This document shows, one piece after another, positions 9,432 to 18,906 of a stretch of DNA of 64,000 nucleotides. The notes below the pieces were generated by a model. That model had not been told where the DNA came from. It saw nothing but the letters and a program-made list of their open reading frames with translations, and ran no database searches. The stretch lies in NCBI GenBank assembly GCA_016187335.1, contig JACPJW010000001.1:404170-468169 (forward strand). Direction: 5' to 3'. The DNA is from Candidatus Aenigmatarchaeota archaeon. GTDB lineage: Archaea; Aenigmatarchaeota; Aenigmatarchaeia; GW2011-AR5. The stretch's first letter is position 1, and each line of letters begins with the position of its first letter. A program made the position numbers and the translations under genes.

Positions 9432-12146
9432 TTAATCCAGGAAATCGCCCTTCTTCAGCTTATTAGGAAGGTAGGTCTCGGACATGAACTTAAGGCCGCG
9501 GTGCGACAAAGCTTCTATCTCGGCTTTTATTCCTTTTTCTATCATCAGGTTGATTTCCTTCTTCCATCTCGGGTTCTTGCTAAACCACTCGTAGTTGAGT
9601 AGTTCCTTCGCGCGCTTTATGTCAACTTCCTTGCATTTTATTGTCGCTTTTTTCAGGTCATACTCAAATATATCCGATATAGTAAGACCTATGTATCTGG
9701 CTTCCGGTGTCGCAATCCGATCTGAGACGTGAGCTAGGCTTATGGATCCGGATTTGATAACTGAATAAATATAGAAGCCGTACGAATCACTGTCGCAGCA
9801 TACATATACAGGCAGCTTGTGATCTTGGTTCAGCCTTTGTATCAGCAGCCTTGTTCCGCGTGATGGCTGCCCGCCTGTGCCGATCAAAACGCACTTCTGT
9901 TTCTGCCAGAACTTGTCCTCATGAAGCCGCTCAAAGCCTGCGTTCTTCTCCACGACCAAGACAAAGTCCGCGTTGACTTTTTTGAAATCTATTTCATCCA
10001 CGGTGCTCGGTATGGACCATCCCCCGCTTCCGAGCTTTGACCAGTCTATGCTGTCGCCGCGGTCTTCAATAATAACGTTGCCGGCGACAATGCCCTTTCT
10101 GTCGGTGGTGAGGTGCAATTGCTCGCGCAGAACGTCTATAGCCACTTCTATGTCAACAATTATAGGGTCAGAATTATGTAGAATTATAAATCCATTACCA
10201 CCAATGAAATTCTCAGTAGGTTCGACTGAAAGATCAACTGTATATTCAGGAGTTGGAGCGTCATTTATTTCAACTATCTTGTCCCACATAATGTCACTAT
10301 TAGCTATGGTTTCAAGTTCGGATACCAGCTGTAAATCTGGAGAATACTTTTGTAACTGCATCAAGGCGTTATATAACACAGGTCTGCTTATCGATTCGTT
10401 TTTATTTTCTATATAACTCCATGAAAAGTGGTTCCATTCAACACGATCCTTACAGGACTTTCTGACTTTTTCTACCAATTTCCCTATGTTTGGTATCCTG
10501 TCAGAAGATACGTCGTGTTTCCGCGGCTTACTGAATCTTTTATCATTGATTATTTCAGCCATCAATTTTACATCTTCTCTATTACCTATTCTAATTTCAT
10601 ATGCGTTATGGTGATTAGGATTTTGGACGCTTCTTTTATAGCGATAAATTCTTGCAAAAATTCCAAGCCTAAGCAGTAAAAATACCAATCCGTTAGCCAG
10701 CTTTTCGCTAGTTGTGTGGTACCTTAATCTAAATTTTGGAAGAAAAGTACTACCGTCTCCAAGCATAAACGAGAAAAGAAACATCTGTATACAATTTTCA
10801 GGTGAATCAAGCAAAACACGCGGTATTTCTTTATTCCATGCTCTGCAAGGCTTATACCCAATAACATAAGTCAATATGTGACTCAAAGTATCGTAACCTA
10901 CATTTAGCTTATAAACTCCATCTTTACCTAAACGTATCTTTCCGCTTACACAGCTTTTACCAAATGATTTTTCAAAGCAAATCATAAACTGCTTGAGAAG
11001 CTCTGAAGATTTGTTAGAAATAGCTACATGGTATGATTTTCGTGGTTCAAAAAGTGAATGCGAGCCTTCGCTCAAAAGAAGCCCTAGTACAAATCCTAAA
11101 TTTTCATCTTTTTTTATTAAAGCGTTGTAATAGTTCTTTGCACCCCTTCTTCCAATTTTTATTTTAGGAAGCAGATCTGAAATATCAATTCCGGTCGTTT
11201 TTACGACTTTAATTGGAATTGTTTTCCAGTTAATCCAGTTGGCTTTAACGTCAGACCATACATTCTTGTATCCGAAGTCATTTGAAATATTTTTTAGCTT
11301 ATCATTACCTATAAGCCTGATTATTTCTTTTATCGTGTCTTTATCCGATTTTATGTAAAATTCTTTTAATACACTTTCAGGGCAATTTTCAATAAGCTTT
11401 TCTAAAATATTTATATGATCAGAATTAACACCGACTTCTATTTTTCTTGGGATGGCTATCCAGTCTCCTATCTTTAGTTCTGATGTTTTTATGGATACAG
11501 GTTTTCCTTCAGAATTTGTAAACAAGCTGTGAGATTTAGTTACTTTGACACGCCTGCCACTTGATGTGATTATTTCCTTTACAATGTTAGGCGGGTGTTT
11601 CATTACCATCAGAACTTTCTGCTCCTTAATCCTGTAATTTTCATCGAAAGCGCAAACCTTAATGTCGCCAACTAAAATCTTCTTTTTATTACCATCATCA
11701 TAAATAATTCTCCCAAATTTTTCAGCATGGTCTACGACTTCGCTTGCTTGAGCTATTCTGAGTTCATCGTTTATTCTTACCAACAAAGGTTCATCGGGGC
11801 ATACAGACTCGCTCTGCTCGTCAAAGGTATTCTCGTTGCTGTCCGGCAGTGTCCTTTTCAGGTTGTAGTACATGTCTCGGATGCTGGCATGGATTTTCTC
11901 ATCAATGAGCGATTTACAGAAAGCACCGACCATAAGCGTCTGCATGAACTTCTTGGAGTGCGCGACGTTGAAGTAATACCTTTTTGCTGTCTTGGTGCCA
12001 AGCCTGAGCTGGCCGGTTTTCCTGTCGTAAACTACGTTGGAAAGAGCGCGTATTGGTATCTCTATGTTCGGGTTCTCGCCTTTCTCTATGTCATGCACGA
12101 CTTTCTTGCCCAGAACATTCAGTTCCTTTCTTACGTCTTTTTCCAT
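9432..12146 (-). CDS. top6A: DNA topoisomerase VI subunit A (Spo11-like) interrupted by an intein
   Basis: 904 aa; extein N-part (IPIRALSNVVYD...RDMYY) and C-part (WSKLGSGGWSIPS, Toprim LIGTGGQPSRGTR) match Top6A; central 543 aa has intein/LAGLIDADG blocks. Confidence 0.85.
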   Translation of the reverse strand: MEKDVRKELNVLGKKVVHDIEKGENPNIEIPIRALSNVVYDRKTGQLRLGTKTAKRYYFNVAHSKKFMQTLMVGAFCKSLIDEKIHASIRDMYYNLKRTLPDSNENTFDEQSESVCPDEPLLVRINDELRIAQASEVVDHAEKFGRIIYDDGNKKKILVGDIKVCAFDENYRIKEQKVLMVMKHPPNIVKEIITSSGRRVKVTKSHSLFTNSEGKPVSIKTSELKIGDWIAIPRKIEVGVNSDHINILEKLIENCPESVLKEFYIKSDKDTIKEIIRLIGNDKLKNISNDFGYKNVWSDVKANWINWKTIPIKVVKTTGIDISDLLPKIKIGRRGAKNYYNALIKKDENLGFVLGLLLSEGSHSLFEPRKSYHVAISNKSSELLKQFMICFEKSFGKSCVSGKIRLGKDGVYKLNVGYDTLSHILTYVIGYKPCRAWNKEIPRVLLDSPENCIQMFLFSFMLGDGSTFLPKFRLRYHTTSEKLANGLVFLLLRLGIFARIYRYKRSVQNPNHHNAYEIRIGNREDVKLMAEIINDKRFSKPRKHDVSSDRIPNIGKLVEKVRKSCKDRVEWNHFSWSYIENKNESISRPVLYNALMQLQKYSPDLQLVSELETIANSDIMWDKIVEINDAPTPEYTVDLSVEPTENFIGGNGFIILHNSDPIIVDIEVAIDVLREQLHLTTDRKGIVAGNVIIEDRGDSIDWSKLGSGGWSIPSTVDEIDFKKVNADFVLVVEKNAGFERLHEDKFWQKQKCVLIGTGGQPSRGTRLLIQRLNQDHKLPVYVCCDSDSYGFYIYSVIKSGSISLAHVSDRIATPEARYIGLTISDIFEYDLKKATIKCKEVDIKRAKELLNYEWFSKNPRWKKEINLMIEKGIKAEIEALSHRGLKFMSETYLPNKLKKGDFLD
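10173..11801 (-). mobile_element. Intein with LAGLIDADG homing-endonuclease domain inside top6A
   Basis: Begins with Cys after ...DEQSESV, block B GRRVKVTKSHSLFT, LAGLIDADG-like LGFVLGLLLSEGS and FLFSFMLGDGS, ends GFIILHN followed by Ser; region is A/T-rich relative to exteins. Confidence 0.7.
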
Positions 12147-12184
12147 AGAATCACTTTCCCAAAATATGGTTCCATTCCGCTTTA

Positions 12185-13837
12185 CTATTCTTCTTCAGCT
12201 TCTTCAGGCTTTTCTTTTTTAGGGTTCGACTGCGCAGCCGCCAGCTGCGGCGGCTGGACCGTTTCCAGCTCTTCGAAATCTTTCATCTTGTTCTTGTTTT
12301 CTATTATGGACAGCAGCTTCTTTTCTATAACAGCATCCTTGTCGCCCGTGAGAACGGACAGCGACGAGGCAACCTCCTTTGCGTACCTTTCAAAAATCTG
12401 TATCCTGCGTTTCTGCTCGCCGGCGCGCCGCTTTCCCGAAAGGTAGCGGGACAGCTCACGTGCCGCGTCCTGTATTGCCAGCTTCATTTCCTTGACAATT
12501 TCCGGGTACGGCGCAATGGCTTCTTTGCTTTCCGAAACGAAGGGCACCCACACGGACGACATGTGTATTACGAGAATCATGGGGCCTGATGGCAGCGAGT
12601 TCTTCGGATGCTGCAAGCCATACCGCTTCCAGTCCACGTCCTTGGCAGCTTCCGTCGTTGCGCAAGCGCCTGCTTGGTAGAGAAGAGGCACCCTGTTTGC
12701 AATTCTTATCACGTCTATCTGCTCTTCCAAAGCGCCTACATTGCCGAAAACGATGCCGATTTCAATCTGGAAAGGCATGCCGCGATAAACTTCACTTTCC
12801 CTTCCAATCACGGTTATAAATTCAGCCTGCGGATATTCCTTTTTCAGGCTTTTCTCGAGCTCTGCTTTCCCTACAGGCGACAGGCAATCCAAAGGAGGCC
12901 TTTGTATCTTGACTTTCTGCATGGCGCTGAGCAGTTTTTCTATTCCCGCCCTGTCAAGCGCCTGGGGCTTTCCGTTCGGATCTATTTTTGCCGTTTTGCA
13001 TATTTCCTTTGCTGTCTGCGACCCCACGGAAGAGAACTCGTTTACAAGAAATGACTGCACGGTCTTTGAATTTGTTTTTGACAGGAACCGCTGCAGAATT
13101 CCGAACTCAACGCCGTAGGGGTGCATTCTCATTTCCTTCGGCGGCTTCGGGAGATCGTCAAAGCTCCTTGGAAATGCCATCTTTGTTCCGTCGGGGGCGT
13201 GATAATTTATCTTTGCGAAAGGGTTTGAGATGCTCGTCTGCTTGAGATAGTCGTCAACGCCCTGCGTTTTCCTGTAGCGCCCGACAACATCAATTTCAAC
13301 TTTAACGCCGCGCTCCAGCCCGTCTTCCAGCGTTTCTTCCTTCACGATTTCCGGCTCGTTCTTGCTTGTGTTGATAAAAAGCTCGTAGTAACTGACCTTT
13401 TTCTTTTCGTCGGTCCTGGACCATACCTTTGTGGGGGAGCCTGTTGTAAGCTGCGAATAGAGCACCACAGCGGAAATTCCTATGCCCTGCTGGCCTCTTG
13501 ACTGGCGAAGACGGTGGAACTTGCTGCCATAAAGCAGTTTTCCGAAAATTCTGGGCACTTGTTCTTTCACGATGCCCGGTCCGTTGTCCTGTACGGTCAC
13601 GCGGAAGCGGTCCTCCCCGGTCTGCTTTATTTTCACGTTGATGTCCGGCAGAATGCCTGCTTCCTCGCATGCGTCTAGGGAGTTGTCCACGGCTTCCTTT
13701 ACGGTCATCAGCAGCGCTTTTGTCGGGTTGTCAAAGCCCAAGAGATGCTTGTTTTTTTCAAAGAACTCGCTTATTGATATTTCCTTCTGCTCTTTAGCAA
13801 ACTCCTCAGCGGTTTTTTTCGGGGATTTGTCAGACAT
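12185..13837 (-). CDS. top6B: DNA topoisomerase VI subunit B (GHKL ATPase)
   Basis: 550 aa; Bergerat-fold motifs (EAVDNSLDA, DNGPGI, GQQGIG) and transducer domain; directly upstream of top6A. Confidence 0.9.
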   Translation of the reverse strand: MSDKSPKKTAEEFAKEQKEISISEFFEKNKHLLGFDNPTKALLMTVKEAVDNSLDACEEAGILPDINVKIKQTGEDRFRVTVQDNGPGIVKEQVPRIFGKLLYGSKFHRLRQSRGQQGIGISAVVLYSQLTTGSPTKVWSRTDEKKKVSYYELFINTSKNEPEIVKEETLEDGLERGVKVEIDVVGRYRKTQGVDDYLKQTSISNPFAKINYHAPDGTKMAFPRSFDDLPKPPKEMRMHPYGVEFGILQRFLSKTNSKTVQSFLVNEFSSVGSQTAKEICKTAKIDPNGKPQALDRAGIEKLLSAMQKVKIQRPPLDCLSPVGKAELEKSLKKEYPQAEFITVIGRESEVYRGMPFQIEIGIVFGNVGALEEQIDVIRIANRVPLLYQAGACATTEAAKDVDWKRYGLQHPKNSLPSGPMILVIHMSSVWVPFVSESKEAIAPYPEIVKEMKLAIQDAARELSRYLSGKRRAGEQKRRIQIFERYAKEVASSLSVLTGDKDAVIEKKLLSIIENKNKMKDFEELETVQPPQLAAAQSNPKKEKPEEAEEE

Positions 13838-13921
13838 TATTCCGGACTCCTAAGGTTTGAAAGTCGCCGAAACTTCTCTGAAGTTTCGTGCGAAATGCTT
13901 TTGCCTGCAATGCATTTTATT

Positions 13922-14416
13922 TTATACGAGGAGATGAATTCTTTTTATGCCAATGGATTTGTAAACACTTTTATGCGAGTGCCCTATAATTAATCTCTCA
14001 ACGGCGCCTCTGGCCTTTTCTGCATCCTCGTATCTGCCTATAATCGAGACAGTTCTGCCGTAAACGGATATGAACGTCTTCGTCATAATCTCTATGTTTT
14101 TTCTGGCCTTGCCTCTGGTTCCAATTATCCTTGAGCGAACCCTTTTTAATGCTTTTTCGTTTTTCGGAAGCGGTATCATGTCAAGGGTGTATTCCTCGTC
14201 CAGCAGGTACATGGACCTCTCAGGAGAAAACCCGCGCCCTATGGCCTTCACTATGTTTTCCGCGTTCATTACGCGGAGCGCATCGCCCTCTATTTCAACA
14301 TCTTCATTCACAGATATTTTTACTTCTGCAAGATTTTCTATCTCCTTTTTTACCAGGCCGCCTTTTCCTATCAGAACGGCAAGTCTCTCTTTTGGTATCT
14401 TGACAACCCTGAGCAT
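13922..14416 (-). CDS. KH-domain RNA-binding protein (Dim2/Pno1-like)
   Basis: 164 aa; two KH-like segments with GXXG loops (VLIGKGG, IIGTRG). Confidence 0.65.
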   Translation of the reverse strand: MLRVVKIPKERLAVLIGKGGLVKKEIENLAEVKISVNEDVEIEGDALRVMNAENIVKAIGRGFSPERSMYLLDEEYTLDMIPLPKNEKALKRVRSRIIGTRGKARKNIEIMTKTFISVYGRTVSIIGRYEDAEKARGAVERLIIGHSHKSVYKSIGIKRIHLLV

Positions 14417-14420
14417 AAAA

Positions 14421-14711
14421 TCACTCTACGAGAAGTATGCCTTTCCTTTTCAGCCACGAAGCCTCTGTGGGGTTGTATTTCCATATTATGTCGCCGCTTT
14501 TCTCTCCTTGCACGCTCCACGGCTCTACGAGGACGGCATCGTCCTTCCTTATCCATATCCTTTTTCTCAGCTTGCCCGGTATCCTGCATATCCGCATTCT
14601 GTTGTCCTGGCACCGGACCATGAGCTTGTTGGAGCCTAGCATGGATTCTACTATGCCCAAAACTTCCTTGCCCCTCGGGATCCTCACGCGGAATACAGGC
14701 TGCTCAACCAT
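14421..14711 (-). CDS. Translation initiation factor 1A (aIF-1A)
   Basis: 96 aa; S1-like OB fold signature (RCQDNRMRICRIPGKLRKRIWIRKDDAVLVEPW). Confidence 0.8.
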   Translation of the reverse strand: MVEQPVFRVRIPRGKEVLGIVESMLGSNKLMVRCQDNRMRICRIPGKLRKRIWIRKDDAVLVEPWSVQGEKSGDIIWKYNPTEASWLKRKGILLVE

Positions 14712-14715
14712 GAAA

Positions 14716-15336
14716 TCACCTTATGGAATAATAGTCCCTGTAAAGCTTCTTTCCTTTCTTCTCCGTTATAAGCTTGTAGCTTTTCTTTATCTGAAAATTT
14801 TTAAGCATGCCAGCAATCCTTGCCGCGGTTCTTTTGTCGATAAATTTAACGTTGCAGCCGTCTTTGTCGCTTTCCGAAAACGCTTCGCCTTCCCCGGTCA
14901 GGAGAGAAACCTTTCTGATTATTTTTTTCATTCTGTCGCCTCTTATCTGGAAGATTGCCTGGTAGTATCCGCTCAGCAATTTAATGCAGGAATCGCACTT
15001 TCCCCTTTCTATAAGGAGCGGCACTGTTTTTTTCTCTCCCTTTATTTTTTTGCTGGGTTTAACGTAACCGCTGCATGAAAATTCCGCCTTGCCGTTGCCA
15101 ACCCTGATATTCATGTCCGATATCCTGTTTCTGGAAGATACCTTGCTTTCCAGTATTTTTTCCAGAGTGTTTTTTACCCACCCTTTGTCGTAATAAGCGC
15201 CGCAGCTGGTGCAGTGCCTGAGGAGTATTTTCTCCGGCACTTCAAAAAGGCTCCTGCTTTTCAGGAAGCATTTTTCACAGTAGTTGCTGGAGAAAACAGG
15301 CGAGCCGCAAACTATGCATATCTGCTGCGTTTTCAT
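14716..15336 (-). CDS. Zinc-ribbon protein, possible NMD3-like factor
   Basis: Four CxxC pairs (CIVCG..CEKC, CTSCG, CDSC) near N-terminus; start taken at the second Met (MKTQQICIVCG); family assignment tentative. Confidence 0.4.
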   Translation of the reverse strand: MKTQQICIVCGSPVFSSNYCEKCFLKSRSLFEVPEKILLRHCTSCGAYYDKGWVKNTLEKILESKVSSRNRISDMNIRVGNGKAEFSCSGYVKPSKKIKGEKKTVPLLIERGKCDSCIKLLSGYYQAIFQIRGDRMKKIIRKVSLLTGEGEAFSESDKDGCNVKFIDKRTAARIAGMLKNFQIKKSYKLITEKKGKKLYRDYYSIR

Positions 15337-15392
15337 GCGATGAAATTTGCTGTAAAGTATAAGAACACATGACGGATACATTTTTTTGACAG

Positions 15393-15473
15393 AACTTTTT
15401 CCTAAAAAGTTCTTTTTGATTAAACTTTTTCCTAAAAAGTTCTTTTTGATTAAACTTTTTCCTAAAAAGTTTA
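15393..15473. repeat. Tandem array (about 2.7 copies) of 30-bp unit AACTTTTTCCTAAAAAGTTCTTTTTGATTA
   Basis: Direct repeats read from sequence; each unit contains the palindrome AACTTTTT-CCT-AAAAAGTT; lies immediately upstream of the zinc-ribbon gene start. Confidence 0.85.
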
Positions 15474-16526
15474 GAAGAAGACCTTCCAGAACAACAGGCT
15501 CAATTCAAACTGATCGCCGCCAATTGATGAAAGGAGAGAGCTTTCCGAAAAAGACGGCGCCGGTGTTTTCTTGAAATTGTCCATTTTGTAATGTTCACCG
15601 GAAGCCCACATAAGCGCCGCCTTCGTAAGGTTCTTCGTCTCCTGCGCGCCCTGAGTGTCTTTTGCATAGTCGTATCCCGAAAACCACACGGTTCGCCCAT
15701 GGTTGTTCACAATGAACTGGTTTATCTTCACATAGGATATCTGGTTTCCTGGCGATGTTATTATAACGGACTTGTCCGTTACTTCAATCTGGTTTACGCC
15801 GCCGCCTGAAAATTCGCTGAATGCCGCGCTGGCGGGGTCTTTGCCAGTTAAGCCTCTGTAATATTTCGCTATCTTGTAAGAAACCTTTGAAGGCGTTACG
15901 GTGCTGTAAAATATTCCTTCGCCCCCGCCGCTCCCGGTCCACCTCAAATCAAAGACGCTGTTCATGAATCCGTCGCTTACCTGGTTTTCCGTCAGGTGCC
16001 CGAGCATGAATATTGTCCCGCCGCCGTCAAGGAAGCTGTTCAGCGCTGACATGTACGGATTGAGATTCTCATACCCGATTATGAAGGCAACGTCGGTCCG
16101 GGGGTTTATGTTGTTCAGGTTGTCGAGCCTCTGGATCCTCACGTCTATTTCCCTGTCCTTGTAGCCGAAGCGAAGAGGTGCAAGGAGAGATTCAAGGTCA
16201 TCTTTCTCTGTTTCACTGCAGAAGCATTCGACGTAAATTATGTCGTTGGGAATATCCCTGACTTCCAGCGAGAATTCTATGTTAGGGGGAAGGGTTTTCC
16301 TAAGGTCGTTGTTCAGCGAAGCTGCGTCATTGTTCTTCACATAGCCGGCAAGTTTGCCGCTTTTTTCCAAAGCAATAAGCGATTCCTTTGTCCTGGTGCT
16401 CAGAACCACGTCGTCCCACGAAGTCTGCTGCGTTGTGGGCAGGAAAAAATAGGATACTGAGGCTATGAGGATTATGGAAGCTATGATGGCTTCAAGCACC
16501 CTTATGAAACCTTTCATTATACCCAC
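15471..16526 (-). CDS. Pilin-like protein with class III (type IV pilin-like) signal peptide
   Basis: 351 aa; N-terminus MGIMKG-FIRVLEAIIASIILIASV (basic residues, Gly, hydrophobic helix). Confidence 0.5.
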   Translation of the reverse strand: MGIMKGFIRVLEAIIASIILIASVSYFFLPTTQQTSWDDVVLSTRTKESLIALEKSGKLAGYVKNNDAASLNNDLRKTLPPNIEFSLEVRDIPNDIIYVECFCSETEKDDLESLLAPLRFGYKDREIDVRIQRLDNLNNINPRTDVAFIIGYENLNPYMSALNSFLDGGGTIFMLGHLTENQVSDGFMNSVFDLRWTGSGGGEGIFYSTVTPSKVSYKIAKYYRGLTGKDPASAAFSEFSGGGVNQIEVTDKSVIITSPGNQISYVKINQFIVNNHGRTVWFSGYDYAKDTQGAQETKNLTKAALMWASGEHYKMDNFKKTPAPSFSESSLLSSIGGDQFELSLLFWKVFF

Positions 16527-16560
16527 CTTCGTCCTTGCTGCGACCCCATTTCATTTTTCA

Positions 16561-17058
16561 TCATGCGACGCCTACTTCTATGCTCACCCTTTCTTTGCTT
16601 TCCAAGACCCCGTATCTTTTCACGAGCGACTGCGGCAAAACAAGCGTAGCGACGGGCGGGGCGCAGTAAACATAAACCTCGTTTGTTTCCACGTTGGTTA
16701 TGTTTATGACGACAGCGAAATTGGGGTCGCCAGTTACCAGGTCCCTCACATTGTTGTAGTTATCGCTGCACATCCCCTTCAGGGCGTTTATTTTCTGCAT
16801 TGATATGACATATTTTTCCGGGGTTGACAGCCCGATTCTCTTCACGTTGCCGCTGTTCCAGTTTTTTGGTGCTCCCTCGTCCAGAAGAAGCGCTTCGGAC
16901 ATGGAAAAGCTTCTTGACCTCAGGGAAGATACCAGGGAGCCCTCGTGAAACTGCGGCACGTTGTTGGCCACGCTTATAATCAGAAAAAAAACCGTGCCTA
17001 AAAACACAAGGACAGAAATGATAAACTCTATGTTCACTACTCCCTTCATTTTGAACAC
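16561..17058 (-). CDS. Small pilin-like protein with class III signal peptide
   Basis: 165 aa; MFKMKG-VVNIEFIISVLVFLGTVFFLII. Confidence 0.45.
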   Translation of the reverse strand: MFKMKGVVNIEFIISVLVFLGTVFFLIISVANNVPQFHEGSLVSSLRSRSFSMSEALLLDEGAPKNWNSGNVKRIGLSTPEKYVISMQKINALKGMCSDNYNNVRDLVTGDPNFAVVINITNVETNEVYVYCAPPVATLVLPQSLVKRYGVLESKERVSIEVGVA

Positions 17059-17076
17059 CGATACGATTCTCTGTCT

Positions 17077-18027
17077 TCACGCGAACCCGGCTTTTATGAC
17101 CAGTACGAATATGAAGAAGCCGCTCAGCGTCATTATCAGGCTGTGCTTTATTCCCGCGGAAACGGAATCGGACACTATCTGGCCAGCTATAAGCCCGGAA
17201 AAGAATCCCTGGATGATTATCATGACAAGGAACAGCGAGCGGTAGTAAGACTCCGGCGCCTTTGCCGGGCCGAAATCAAGCGAGGACGAAACGCCCATGA
17301 ACAATGAGCATCCCAGGCATTCCGGGCTGTTCGACGAGATGCATGGCGTGCACGGGTTCGGGTTGAATTCCTGGAATATGCCGGCGATGCTTCCGCCTGT
17401 GCCGCCCGGCTGCAGGAGCGGTATAAGGAATTTGAGCAGCGCTATGCTGATTCCCAGGAATATGAAGAATATTGCGTACATCATAAGCACCTGCTGGTTA
17501 AGCAGGGAGGATTTTTCTTCCTGGACTTCCTTTATCATTTCAATGTTTTTCGCAAGCGACTCCATCGTATCTTCTATGCTGCCGCCGGATTTGTTCGCCT
17601 CATGGATTATCATTATGGACCTGACGATTATCCTGCTGTGCCTCATCCTTTTCGCCCAGTCATTGAGCACCTTTTCCAGCGGGATGTTCCAGCTGAGCTG
17701 GTTGTCTATCCTTTTTATCTCGGCGGTGAGCGGCCCGTAATCGGATTTTGCCGCGGATTTTATTGCCTGCAATACAGTAAGGCCAGCCCTTTGCGATTCC
17801 GACAAATCCCTGAGGAAGTTCGGGAACTCTTTTTCGTACGCCCGCACTTTCTTGAATTCAAAGAACCTGTAAAGGCTGTAAGGTATTGTCAGGACTGCAA
17901 GACCGATAAATACAAGGTTCAGCGCAAGAACTATGTCGCCGGAAAGGATTCCCATGGCCAGCAGGGAAATAAAAATAGCCGATGAAACCAGGATAATCTT
18001 CCTGCCATGGCTTAGTTTTTTCAGCAT
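17077..18027 (-). CDS. Pilus/secretion platform membrane protein (TadC/FlaJ-like, T2SS-F domain)
   Basis: 316 aa polytopic membrane protein with cytoplasmic helical domain; adjacent to TadB-like gene and secretion ATPase. Confidence 0.6.
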   Translation of the reverse strand: MLKKLSHGRKIILVSSAIFISLLAMGILSGDIVLALNLVFIGLAVLTIPYSLYRFFEFKKVRAYEKEFPNFLRDLSESQRAGLTVLQAIKSAAKSDYGPLTAEIKRIDNQLSWNIPLEKVLNDWAKRMRHSRIIVRSIMIIHEANKSGGSIEDTMESLAKNIEMIKEVQEEKSSLLNQQVLMMYAIFFIFLGISIALLKFLIPLLQPGGTGGSIAGIFQEFNPNPCTPCISSNSPECLGCSLFMGVSSSLDFGPAKAPESYYRSLFLVMIIIQGFFSGLIAGQIVSDSVSAGIKHSLIMTLSGFFIFVLVIKAGFA

Positions 18028-18033
18028 GATGAT

Positions 18034-18906
18034 CTACTCTTCTATAGGCGATATTGACTTTATCAAAAGGATAAAGCCCACGGAGATAAGCGGTATCAGT
18101 ATGAACACTATGAATGTCTGTATTGCTATCGTACCGAGTCCGCCCGAAAGCGCCGCCACTATTGACGACAGTATTATAAAAAATATTGAGCCGGTTATTA
18201 TCAGCGTCAGGTATATCTCCATGAACAGCGAAAGGTCCTGAGAATATTTTCTTATTTTTCTTCTGTACTCGCCCATAAGCTCTTCGGATTTCTTTTCAAG
18301 GTATTCCGCAAGGTTTCCCCCGGAAGAAGTGACGTTGTCTATGCCCCAGAAAAGCTCTCTCAACTCCGAGGACGGCGTCCTTCTGGCCTGCCTCCTCATG
18401 GCGTTTGAAAAAGTCATTCCGAACACTTCAACATTCTGGACTATTTCCCTTGCTTCCCTGCTCACTTCGCCGTACTCTTCAAAGCCTGCCAGCGTCCTGA
18501 AAGAGTCTATAGGCGGCAGACGCGACGAAGACATTGTGGCAAGGTATGAAACGGCGAAAGGCAGGGCCTTGTTAATCTTGCTGCTCCGGTTTTTCGATGC
18601 GGTCACGGGGTAAGAATAAAACAGGAAAAAAAGAATTCCCGACAGCGTAAAGGAAAGAGTGAGGCCAAGAATGATTGATGTCACAACAGGGAATCCCAGA
18701 AGCCCGAAGATGAAAGCGGACAGGGCTGCCTCAACGAGAAAGGTTACGGAAACGGCAAACAGCGCTATGGAAATGTATTCTTCCAACGTGTACTTGATGC
18801 CCGCCTTCTGCAAGTCGTCCTGCAAATCGCTCAGGTAATTCTTCAAGGACTTGCTGAGGCTGCCGAATATTTTGTAGGCAATAGCAGCATAATTAGGCAT
18901 ATTCAA
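18034..18906 (-). CDS. Pilus/secretion platform membrane protein (TadB/FlaJ-like, T2SS-F domain)
   Basis: 290 aa; TM helices flanking a cytoplasmic domain; start overlaps the ATPase stop. Confidence 0.6.
   Translation of the reverse strand: MNMPNYAAIAYKIFGSLSKSLKNYLSDLQDDLQKAGIKYTLEEYISIALFAVSVTFLVEAALSAFIFGLLGFPVVTSIILGLTLSFTLSGILFFLFYSYPVTASKNRSSKINKALPFAVSYLATMSSSRLPPIDSFRTLAGFEEYGEVSREAREIVQNVEVFGMTFSNAMRRQARRTPSSELRELFWGIDNVTSSGGNLAEYLEKKSEELMGEYRRKIRKYSQDLSLFMEIYLTLIITGSIFFIILSSIVAALSGGLGTIAIQTFIVFILIPLISVGFILLIKSISPIEE

Noticed and set aside
11652-11801. Alternative intein start at the internal Cys (CAFDENYRI) in Top6A
   Set aside because: Would leave only about 32 residues before intein block B (TKSHSLFT); the start at Cys after DEQSESV gives the usual spacing and a clean extein alignment
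12456-13670. Multiple overlapping ORFs in other frames of top6B (e.g. 12608..13054, 13302..13670)
   Set aside because: Embedded in or antisense to a gene with strong GHKL ATPase motifs; typical alternative-frame artefacts
15386-15574. Possible CRISPR array or 62-aa ORF at the 30-bp tandem repeats
   Set aside because: Units are contiguous with no unique spacers and only about 2.7 copies; the ORF is simply the repeat translated (LFPKKFFLIK x3)
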